A DNA stretch of 64,000 nucleotides from Octopus bimaculoides. Its lineage: Eukaryota. The DNA lies in the NCBI RefSeq assembly GCF_001194135.2, contig NC_068986.1, positions 5,132,725 through 5,196,724 of the forward strand, read 5' to 3'. The number at the start of each line of letters is the position of its first letter. Positions within the stretch are counted from its first letter, which is position 1. Below the pieces are notes generated by a model. It saw only the letters and a list, made by a program, of their open reading frames with translations. It made no database searches and was not told the origin of the DNA. The position numbers and the translations under genes were made by a program. Positions 12,181-23,106 of the stretch are shown here, piece by piece.

Positions 12181-14149
12181 TCAAAGACTGTCTATGACCT
12201 GTGGAATTAATGCTATTAATGTCTTTCTAAACAGTTGCAAGTTGACAACTATAAGAAAAATATGTGCAGGCACAGATAAGAAGTTTGCTTCCAAAATAAC
12301 ATGATCTTGGGTTCAATCTCACTGCATGGTACCTTGTGCAAGTGTCTTTTATGATAGCCATGACCTGATCAAAAACTTGTGGGAGGATTCAGATGAAAAT
12401 TGAAAGAAGCCCATCATGTCTGTCCATCTGTCTACCAGTTAGCTTGTCAATTTAGCTAGCTAGCTATCTATGTATGTGTGCCTTTGTATTTGTGTTAGCC
12501 CCCTACCACTGCTTGATAACTGGTGTTGATTCGTATATGTCTCTGTAACTTGGCAGTTTGGCAAAAGTGACCAATAGAGTAAGTTCCGGGCATAAAAACA
12601 AGTACTGGGATCAATTTGTTCAAAACAACCTGTAAAAGCAGTGCCCCAGCATGACCGCAATGAAATGACTAAAACAAGTAAAAGACAATGTCAATTCATT
12701 TATAACTTATTTGAGTGAAGATTGGCAATGAGAAGGACATCCAGATATAGAAAATCCACCTCAACAAAAACGATCCGAATCATGCAAGCATAGACAAGTG
12801 GACGTTAAAATGATGATGATGATGATGACTGTATTATGTTTTATTTGGTTTGCAAGATTCCTGGTGTGAGCTTGCGTGATTCTACTGTATCTCAGAAGGG
12901 GGCATTATGACAATATTAAACACACACATTGGTTCTATTTCACTCATTTTTTTTTTTATTATTATACAGCAACCAAATTGATAGCATGCCAGGCAAAATG
13001 CTAAGCAGCATTTTGTCTGGCTTTACATCTGAGTTCAAATTCTGCTGAGGTTGACTTTGCCTTTCATCCTTTTGAGGTCAATGACATAAATACCAGTTGA
13101 TCACTAGGGTCAATGTAATTGACTTACCCTCTCCTCCAAACTTGCTGGCCTTGTGTCGAAATTTGAAACCATTATTATGAGTCAACTAGTTAATCATTTC
13201 CCCAATTAAGTGATTGCTTGATTAATCATTCATTCAATCAATCAATCATCTAGATTCATCAGAATTCTTTTGTTGGCATTCGCAACCTCATCAGTGACAT
13301 ACCCTCTCTACTTCAGCTCTCCTAGATATTGTAATATGTTTGTTAAGACAAAATAAGAGCTCGTCTTTGTGGATCTTTCTCTTCTTTCTAAATAATTGTA
13401 CTTAAGTAATCATATATGATTGATTTAACATATACAAAGCAACAACATTAAAATGTATCCCATTAAGCTAGATATTGGGCAAACCTGAGAAAATCTGAAT
13501 TAAGAGAATCAATGTTGATTTTCATAGCTATCAGTGTAGTGTATAGCTGCAATTTTCATTGGTGTTTCAATGATTAGGTAATTTTCAGTAATATAGTTTA
13601 CAAATGGCTTCAAGGGAGAGTAACTGTGGTTTGCGATATAGGCACAAAGCCAACAATTCTGAAAGGAGGGTTTAGTTGATATTGCTAACCCTAGCACTTG
13701 ACTGTTACTGAAATTTCTGAACCTCAAAAGGATAAAAAACAAAGTTAACCTCAGTGGGATTTGAACTCAGAACATAAATAGCCAGCATTTTCCCCAATGC
13801 TCAAATGATTCTGCTAGCTTGACACCTTAAGGGAGAACAATGATCCAATGAATAAGCTTGTGACTCTATCTTTGAATTAGAAACAGAAACTTATAAATAA
13901 GAAAGTTATCAGCTTGTGCCTGGTGGCAAGAGTTTTTGTATGTAGAGTAAGGTATTTAAAAGCAAACTATTCTGTACACATGCAATGTTGTGGATGAACA
14001 TACATTTTCTTTGAAATGTAAATTTGATGCAAATTCTAAATCAGAGGTCAGTGAACAGGGGTAAAAATGAAATTTTTGGGGGTAATGAGGACTCACTAGA
14101 TATAAGTAAAATTATATAAAAAAATGTGTTCCTTGTTGCGACAGAAATT

Positions 14150-14350
14150 TTTCTTCTGGCATGAGGAGGCGATCAAAAAGTTGCTGCCTTTTACAACAAC
14201 CTACTTTTGTGAAAAATGATCTTACATTCTGATGAACATAAAAACAAAGCAGATTAATTGACTGGACCCTGAAGACTGTATCCAAATTGCTCTGGCATCA
14301 AAATTCCCCAATTTTTATATAATTGTAACAAAAACAAAACATTATTTCAC
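14150..14350 (+). mobile_element. Second, more decayed hAT transposase C-terminal fragment
   Basis: AIKKLLPFTTTYFCEK...LMNIKTK...LDPEDCIQIAL resembles the hAT LxPFxTTYLCExxFS motif. Confidence 0.65.
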
Positions 14351-17300
14351 CAAAACCTGATTTGAAAAGGTTTCTAGAAAAATCCTTTATTTTATTGCAT
14401 TTGTTTTATACTTTTTATAGTTATAATGTTATTTTCCATATAAATAGATTTAATAAACCTTTTGAATTCAAAGAATCTATGATTTTCTTCCTTTCAAATC
14501 AATGGGGTAACATCAGCATAAATTAATATATTTTGAGGTAATTGGTTAAAAAAAGTTCTCCATTCCCTGTTTTAAATCATCGTCAGTTGTTGCCAGGATG
14601 TACCTGAAAGTTGCAAGTCCTAAGGAGACTGTGACATGGTGGTTTATCCATCAACAATTCTGGAGTAATAATGTCTGTAGTGTAGGAATTAAAAGTGCTG
14701 CTACTAAACTAGTTAAGCATACAAGCATCAATAATTTCAAAGTATTTTAAAAATTACCGTGGAATCAGTACTAAAATTATCCATCATCAACATTAAATGC
14801 TCATTTACCAAACTTAGAAGTTTAACAGGATCTGACAAGTCACAGAGCTGGATCGAGCCTCAATAACAGCTATGCCATGGATTCTATGGCTAGATGCTTT
14901 TCCTAATGCCAACCACATTCTAGCATGTACTGGGTGCATTTTTTGTAGCATCAACAATGTAGTTTGTGAGATAAAGAAAAGGAAAAAGCTTCCTCTACTG
15001 AATTGGAATGCATTTGAGAGAGTGGGGTAGCTTTATGCCAGGATTTGAAGGCTAAAGCATGATAGAGGGACAAGTGCAGGTGTTTTGTTATAGAAGAGAA
15101 ACATGGTTACTCAGTATTATGTGAGAGTGGAAGAGAGTAGCAGGAAGGGAGATAAAGTTGGTGGTGGTGGTGATGGAGTGCCAGAGCGCAATGCTGAAAT
15201 TAAAAAGCTAACTTTTTATATTTTTACATACTGTATAATGTTAAACACTCTTATAAAATATATACTGGTCTTGTTATATGACTTTTACAGAATTTTCAGT
15301 CATATTGTTATTGTGTATCCTGCTCAATGTACAATGTATGTATTTCCAATATTACATACATATCAATTTTAACCCTACTTAACTCAGACAATCAACTGCA
15401 ACAGATATCCTTTTATTCTGACTGGCACATTTTTATGAGAGTGTATTCTTGTGCCTTCCAACCTTTTAACGTGTTTAACATTCACATTATTCTGTCAAAT
15501 ATAACGCTTTTTTATTCAATTGTTTTATATTAACCATGCATTATCTCATAGCTTTGAGATTTTGATGATGTGATTGTTTATTTTTAGAATGATCTAGTAG
15601 GGTAGATATGAGAGGTCAGATCTAGCCAGTTTGAACATAAAACAAGTAGAATATTTTGGATGGATATGGCTAGATTAAATGCTAAAGTGTTAAAGAAAAC
15701 AGTAAGTTTGTATTACTAAAAATAAACAAAACATAAATATACATTTTTTAGAAATTAAACAATGTAAATTTGTTGACTAGATCACATGTGAGAGAAAAGT
15801 AACTCAAAATAAGTAATTCATGTTAATCTTTATTCTATAAATGGGAAAATAGATAATACATTCTGATGTCAAACAATTTCATGACATGCCTGTATAACCT
15901 CAAGACACATTAGAGTGCTGTGAAACAGGTACTGTTTAATGGTTATGGACATCTATATATAACTTAATAGTTACATACAAATTTACTACTATTAAACATT
16001 CTATCAGAAATTCACAGACTAAAGAGGTCAGAGTATTTTTAAAATACTTGTTGCTATTAATGAACTTCAAATTATTTCCTGAATCAGTTTCATATTTTTC
16101 TTGAATACACCAACTATATATGATTTTATTGTGGCTGAGTGGTAAGAAATTTACTTCCCAACCATATGGTTCTGGGTCCAGTCCCATTGTGAGACACCTT
16201 AGGCAAATGTCTGTTATGGCACTTGGCCACCAAAGCCTTGTGAGTGGATCTGATAAATGGAAACTGAAGGAAGCCTAACACACACACACACACACACATG
16301 AGTAAGCACATAAATGCAAAACAAAGTGGAAAAAGATAATACTCTAAGGTAGAGTAATATGCTTTTACTAAAGCTGCAAAATCTTCACAAAACTGTTACT
16401 CAGTGTTTTACTTCTATTCATTGGACATTTGTGATGTGTGTGTGTGTGTATGCATACATACATAGACAGGCAGGCAGATAAATAGCTAGGTCGTTAGTTG
16501 TGTGTGTATGTGTGTCTCTGTGTTCATCTCCCACCACTGTTTGCAACTGATGTTAGTCTGTTTATGGCATGGGTACTTTTACATGGCACCAGCCCCCATG
16601 AGCCTGCAAGACTAGGATCTCTCGGCTGAGACAGGGATGTAGAAGGACATGCCTGTATGCATGGACATCCACGATTTTACTTAGCTTCACATGTCTTTTC
16701 AAGCACATTAAACTGATACAGATAGTGCAGCCATCACACCCACAAATAGACATTCAAGATATTTCAAATTGTACATCTGCCAAATAAGCACATCTATAAA
16801 ATAGCTGAGGCTGAATTCCCAAAACAGGATTTTGCCTCACCACAAAATCTGATCGTTGCTGCTGTTGTTTAGTCCCAGTCAGCTCTGACAGACTTATGAT
16901 CAAAGATGTTCTCATATTGACCATTATCAGTTTAGAAGTATGCCTACAATTACTTTGTACATTTTGTCTTTTTATTTCTCAAGACAGTATGGTGTGATCT
17001 GACAGGGATTTGGTTGCTATTTCTAATATACTGATTGCACACATAGGTAAAGACCCCCTTTGGTTATGGATGATCATGGGATTGCACCTAGAAAGTTACC
17101 CTCTGAAGTACAAGTCCGAGTAAGATTGTTTATAGAAGACCAGCAGTTGCCCATGCATACTAGCCTCCTCTCTCCAAGGGAAAGGTAAATGCTGATACAG
17201 CTTGGCACCAGTGATGTCACAACTCATTTCTACAACTGAGTGAACAGGAGCAACATGAAATAAAGTGTCTTGCTCAAGAACACAACACACAGCCTGGTCT

Positions 17301-17983
17301 GGGAATCGAACTCACTACCTGATGATTGTGAGTCCAACACTCCAACTACTGAGCCATTCACCTTCACTGCACAGATACTGGCTCCAATGTAACAAAACTT
17401 CATAATGATTAACCTTTGTAACAATTGATGCTTTTATCTTTATTTATTCTATATCATGCATTTTGTCAAAAATGCCATAATTTATTATACATTTTGCAAT
17501 GGGCTAGTCCCTGTTTACAGCATTTCCAACAGTGAGAGTGACAAAGAACTGTTTGAAGAAGTAGGTCCACTTTTTTGTCCATGTGTGTCTGAGAGAGAGA
17601 GAGAGAGAGAGAGACATACACACACACATTTGACTTTCACACAGTTTCCATCCACCAAACTTCAATCACAAGACCATGATAGAAGACACTTCTGCATGAA
17701 GTGAACCAAAAGACCATGATGGTGAACCAAAAGACCGTGAACCAAAGACCATGATAGAAGACACTTCCGCATGATGTCATAAAGTGGGATTGAAACTGGA
17801 ATGACATAGTTGTGAAACAAATATCTTAACTTCACAGCCATATCTTTATCTACCCATACACTCAAGGAGATATTTATGTTCTTGCAGATTTACAGATCAC
17901 ACAGTCTATACAATCTCAAAATTGTCTCTAGCACCTTTGCAATACACTAAAAACATAGGTTAGGGTCCTTTAAAGGCTAACTA

Positions 17984-18407
17984 GCGTAAATCCTCGAGTA
18001 TAATCCACACTTTTATCCCAAAATTTAAAGGTCAAAACTTCTAGTGTGTACTATATACGAGGTTAAAAATGAAAATATTTTCTAAGCAAAATTTTCTAAG
18101 TGATAAATATGTAAAGGCAATTTACTTAATATTTATTTTTCACTGACGTTATTACTGTTATTTCTTTATTTTCTGCAAAAAAAGTGCACAAAAAAGCTAC
18201 ACGTTTGCATTATGTTATATATACAATAAAAATAAAGGACATTACGGTATATACGTTTACAAACCAAGGATGTTATATAGACCTCATTGACTCAAGTTAG
18301 AGAAGGGGTGTGTATTATACACAAGGTTTAGGTTTCTCAGAGGTACAGTACCCTAAAAATCCCCTGCATATTATACTCAAAGGCAGACTATACTCGAGGA
18401 TTTACGG
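17984..18407. mobile_element. Tc1/mariner-superfamily (pogo-like) non-autonomous element
   Basis: TA-(G/C)CGTAAATCCTCGAGTATA ... TATACTCGAGGATTTACGG-TA terminal inverted repeats. Confidence 0.82.
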
Positions 18408-18680
18408 TAAATAGTTATTAGGAGAGATACAAATTCCATCGTCACTATTTATTCAGTCCAATACAACAGACTTCTTCAGACATTTTCTCAAATATTATTT
18501 GAATCTTTTTATTTAAAGAAACCAGGTTGTTGCTTTTGTTCTCTAATCTCAGATCAATCTTGATCAAGCAGATTAAAAAGTATTTCATTTGTGACCACCC
18601 TGCCTTTTTTTTATAGACATAATATATCTTGGATCACATTTTAAAGTTACTAAAAATGCTAAACCACCACACAGTATGAT

Positions 18681-18974
18681 TCATCATCGTTTAACGTCCG
18701 CTTTCCATGCTAGCATGGGTTGGACGATTTGACTGAGGACTGGTGAAACCGGATGGCAACACCAGGCTCCAGTCTAATTTGGCAGAGTTTCTACAGCTGG
18801 ATGCCCTTCCTAACGCCAACCACTCAGAGAGTGTAGTGGGTGCTTTTACGTGTCACCCGCACGCAGACGGCCACGCTCGAAATGGTGTCTTTTATGTGCC
18901 ACCCGCACAAGCCAGTCCAGGGGCACTGGCAACGATCTCGCTCGAAAATCCTACGGGAGCCAGTCAGGCGGTAC
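18681..18974 (-). mobile_element. Family A 3' end (young, CpG-rich, longer 3' UTR with internal direct repeat)
   Basis: Reverse complement of family A; two copies of gtgcgggtg(g/a)cac(a/g)taaaag. Confidence 0.88.
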
Positions 18975-19519
18975 TGAACCCCACATATTGTTGTATAGTG
19001 AAACTGTATACCTCTCCTGGTAAAAAGTGGTAGAAGACAGCCATAATAAATAGACCATTAGCCAGTAGTTGAGAGAGGGTCGAGAGTCAACAGTTCTAGT
19101 TGGTGTCTTGTAGAGCTATCAGCGATAGTAAAACAAAAGTTATTGTATTACTATTCTGGTTCAAAGAGATACAACGGTATCTGATGACAAGTAACTACTG
19201 TGGCTACTAGCGTAAAACAGCAACTACAGTACAACGGCAGTCACATCACACCAGTGGGAGGAACCCACTTTACAACACACATATAACATTTTAGCAATAA
19301 CACAAAGACTAGGATTCCATCTGAGGATCTTTGATTAGTTACTGACCCACTTATAAGCTTTAGTAAGATCCACATTTGAGTACTGCTCACATCCATGGAA
19401 TAGTGCTGCTGCACAAAACCTTCCTAGGTTGCATCTTTAAAAAGCTATTTGATTGGTTGGCAAAGATTTACTAACAAACTGGACATACTGTCTCCTAGAT
19501 GTGCTGCTTCATCTATTTT

Positions 19520-20530
19520 TTTTTTTGTACTACAACTGCAATGACTTCTGCTCTTCTGAGCTAACTAGCTACTTACCTTCGGCACTCAGAGCCATTCAAC
19601 ACATCTGCTTCTCCCATTCATCTCTCATCATTCTGTATCATATCCAACACTCTTGTTGTCTTTCCATTTTTGTGATACTTTATGGCCTTGACAATCTCTC
19701 TTAGCATTGGAATCTCATCCAGTTGTGTTTTCTCTTTCTGTCATGGTATATGATGCATTGCTAAGTCATGGACCATATGGACAGTGCTGAGGAAAGTCAG
19801 CAAATATTCTGACCTCCAATTCAGGATGGATGCCTTATCTATGAAAATTTCCTAACCATTTGCATAGAGCAAGGGACTCTGAATATTCAAAGCCTCATAA
19901 AAATCCTCTGTAGTCACTGGTACCTGTGCAAAACAGAGTCCTTTTTGTGAGATTGGTCCACATTCTGAATCTCTTGAAAATAGTGCTAGAAATTTCTGCA
20001 CACAAGGCATAAGGTTGCTTGCTTTTTGAGACAAGAGAGCCTAGGAAGGTGAGTCTAATGAGTGAATCTCTTCTCAACCAACATATTCTGGTCATTTTCA
20101 TTGAACTAATCCTTATTTTTCTTTGTGGAAAATCTAGGTCTGCTTCAGAAGACTGCATTATGTTGTTTTCTAAGTTTTCCCTAAGCACTTTTGAAGCAGG
20201 ATCTATAGGAGAGTTAGGATTTTCATGCTTTAATTGAAGATTCACCTTGAAGTTAACTTTCACTTCAGCAGACTGGAAGCTACCAGCTTGAAATGCTTTC
20301 CTCGAGACTCCTTTCTTTGGCTTGAGTTGGAAACAGAGACTCAGTTTGCAGTGGGAAGGATGTTGGTTCACACCACACTGAGCATCACTGAGGAGAATAA
20401 AATGTTTTAAAAATCTTTCTGGCACACCAAAATATAGCCCATGAGCTGCCAATGCTTGGACCAAGGATGCCTCCTGGCTGTCTTGATGTTGGAAAATGTT
20501 GTTGATGGTTGAGAATTGCTTCTCCACTCA
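19520..20530 (-). mobile_element. RTE-clade (BovB-like) LINE fragment, end of endonuclease to start of RT
   Basis: Frame-shifted segments SKHWQLMGYILV, CKLSL, WTNLTKRTLFCTGTSDYRGFYEAL and QLDEIPMLREIVKAI. Confidence 0.8.
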
Positions 20531-22433
20531 AATTCTCCACCAGCCTACACCTACCTGCAACACCATCAATGAGGCATAGTTGAAGACAGTCCACCAGTTC
20601 AATTACTTGTAAGGCAAACTCTCCACTAGCCACAGTGACAATGAGAGACTGAAGACAAGCTACATACTAGTTGCGAGAGTTATTATAATAGTGAAAGAAG
20701 TGTGAGACCAAAAATCTATAGGGCATAATACTATTGTGTAATATTTGTGCCTTTTCTAGTGTTAGGGGTATAGGGGAGTGTGAGTCAACGAGTTTTTACA
20801 GCATGTGTGGGGAATTATTTACTAAGAGCAAATTGCGTAAAAGCAGGGGGACATGAACATCTACTGGTTCTTTTGCTGATGCAATTTGTACTGAGGAAGA
20901 TAATGAATCATTAATTTTACTAATTCATAACTATGAAACTATTAAATTATTGTTTTGGCCATTAGGCTTAGACCGTTTTTATTCGCTTATTTATGTTCAT
21001 AAAGGTTTTTAGAGAGTGAGAGGGCCGAAGAGTCAAAAACATGTCCCTATCTGTCGAGTCCCACAAAGAAAAGGCTAAAAATGTCATCGTGTACTTGAAT
21101 TTTAAAAGAGTTCCTTTCCCCACTTTCTAAATCCGAAAGCAGTCTTGAAGCGAGGGCTTCCCTTTTGGTAACATAGTCGCTCAACTAGCTAGAAATAGAA
21201 GCCAAGTTTGCTTCAAAAGACACGCTATCTACAACTTACTTGAAGATATGTACATTAGATAATGTAGTCACAGATACGTATTGCACATGGGATGGTCAAA
21301 GTTGGAACGCCCTTGATCATAGATCACCCTAGTCAGGGATGACCTGGGGTTAAACAACATCAATGAAAGACTGGCACTCCGTCGGTTACGACGAGTGTTC
21401 CAGTTGGTCCGAACAACGGAACAGCTTGCTCGTGAAATTAACGTGCAAGTGACTGAGCACTCCACAAACATGCGTACCCTTAACGTAGTTCTCGGGGCGA
21501 TTCAGCATGACACACAGTGTAAACAGGGATGATCCTTTCAATTACAAGCCATTTTTGCCAGCTGAGTGAACTGGAGTAACGTGAAACGAAGTGTCTTGCA
21601 CAAGGACACGGCGCACCGCCAGGAATCGAACTGACGACCATACAAACATGAGCAGAATATCCTAACCACCTAAGCCATGCGTCTTCACAAACAACAGCAA
21701 TAATCACTGGTGTACAAACACATTATTCTATCTCTTTTATCGTTACTTTTGCGGTTGCAGCCCCTCTGAACTGGCAAGGTTAACCCCACCTCTCGTTGCT
21801 CCAATTTGTGCCTTATTCACCAAATTTAGCATTCATTACTTTTCCCAGGCCTTCATATTCTCACAACTGGAACCGCTGCAATTTACACCCAAGTCATATT
21901 TTTCTACGGACATTATTACAGCGATTTCACCGATCTGAGAGAGAGAGCCGACAAAGGTTTTAAGTATCGATCTTTCTCCTCCAACATCTGAATGATAGAC
22001 GGGACAATTAAATAACCTATATGCAGTTAGAAGTAACAGCTAAACTTGTTCCAAAACATACCCTACCGTCTTTACCAAAAAGAAGTGGGAGAAAAACAGA
22101 TAATGTAGTTTTGTATGTATTATATTTGGTAAATTTTTTGATCGTAATTAACTATGGGGCTTAATAATAACAATAGCAAATGATAATAGTTAAAAACTGA
22201 ATTCGTCAACAACGAAAACACGACGAGTTTCATCTTTACAAACTATCCTCCGATTTCATTTAACCATTATCTTATCATGATGGAGAAAACTAAAAGATGT
22301 GTAACTTAATAAAACGACAAAAATATTTAAATATCCATGCACGTGTTAGTACAAATTGTCAACTATTATAACCTAAACACAGGAAGTTGATAATTTCATT
22401 GTGAATATCTGGTATAAATATAATTCAATATAC

Positions 22434-22449
22434 CTCGTAATAGTGACAT
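22434..22449 (-). CDS. NDUFAF7: NDUFAF7 coding exon 1 (ATG TCA CTA TTA CGA G; MSLLR). An upstream in-frame ATG exists at 22623.
   Basis: Donor CGAG|GTATAT gives the phase 1 required by exon 2. The spliced N-terminus MSLLRVSRASKILPFSYRCLS is Arg/Ser-rich and acid-free, like a mitochondrial targeting peptide. It lies in the CpG-retaining promoter zone. Confidence 0.7.
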
Positions 22450-22965
22450 ATGAGGTGCTTTAAATAAATCCTTAATTCCAAGGAAATGTCTTTGTATAAT
22501 GTTGTCAAATGACATCAAACAATTCCTTATCATATTTTCCCTCTTAATTGCCGAAATCCTTTCATAACATTGACCTTCGTTTCGGTGGCGTGCTTTAGGC
22601 CACGTACTCCTTAAACGATACATAAACCATACATTTAAACGAAAAAAATGCTATTTGCACATCTAAGTTAAGAATTCAAATATAATTAGCATATACGTCT
22701 TTATTTTTAATAATTGTAAATAATATTATTGCTTTGTAGTTCGTTAATTAAGAGTATTTTCAATGGAACTATTTTTCCTCTGCGTGAGATTTTCCGTTTG
22801 CTGTTGTCAGTTTGAAAGCTACTCAGATAAATAACAATCAACATGGTATTATTGAAAGGAGTTTTCTTGGCGTCGGAACCGTTTTTTCACTGATCTGAGG
22901 TGGAGAGAAAAAAAAAACAAAATTTTATTGATTTGTCAAAATATTAATTGTCATCCTTGCAAACT
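22450..22965. promoter_or_regulatory. Putative bidirectional promoter and 5' UTRs between divergent NDUFAF7 and ERO1; Inr-like TCAGTT at 22807-22812 (+)
   Basis: Start codons face away from each other ~520 bp apart; local CpG retention; TCAGTT initiator-like motif upstream of the ERO1 ATG. TSS positions are inferred. Confidence 0.65.
22843..22893 (+). other. Candidate upstream ORF in the ERO1 5' UTR (MVLLKGVFLASEPFFH*)
   Basis: aacATGg strong Kozak context, 16 codons, stop 72 nt before the ERO1 ATG; depends on the TSS lying upstream. Confidence 0.4.
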
Positions 22966-23106
22966 ATGAAGAATTATACTGTTCTAGTGAGCTGCTATCA
23001 GATATTTATTCTAATATATCTGATAGAACTTCCAAATGCAAAAGGTAATATTACCGGAAAAAATATTCAAGGAAAAAAAGATGCTGCCGAAGGATGCTTC
23101 TGCAAG
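22966..23106 (+). CDS. ERO1L: ERO1-like exon 1 (signal peptide ... AAEGCFCK)
   Basis: ATG, hydrophobic signal-like stretch, ends in the CFC motif with donor AAG|GTAAAA, phase 0. Confidence 0.88.

Noticed and set aside
22587-22790. HIF (RCGTG/TACGTG at 22601-22606) and UPR elements in the shared promoter
   Set aside because: Five- to six-base matches are expected by chance in a CpG-retaining region; no complete ERSE (CCAAT-N9-CCACG) or UPRE (TGACGTGG) was found.
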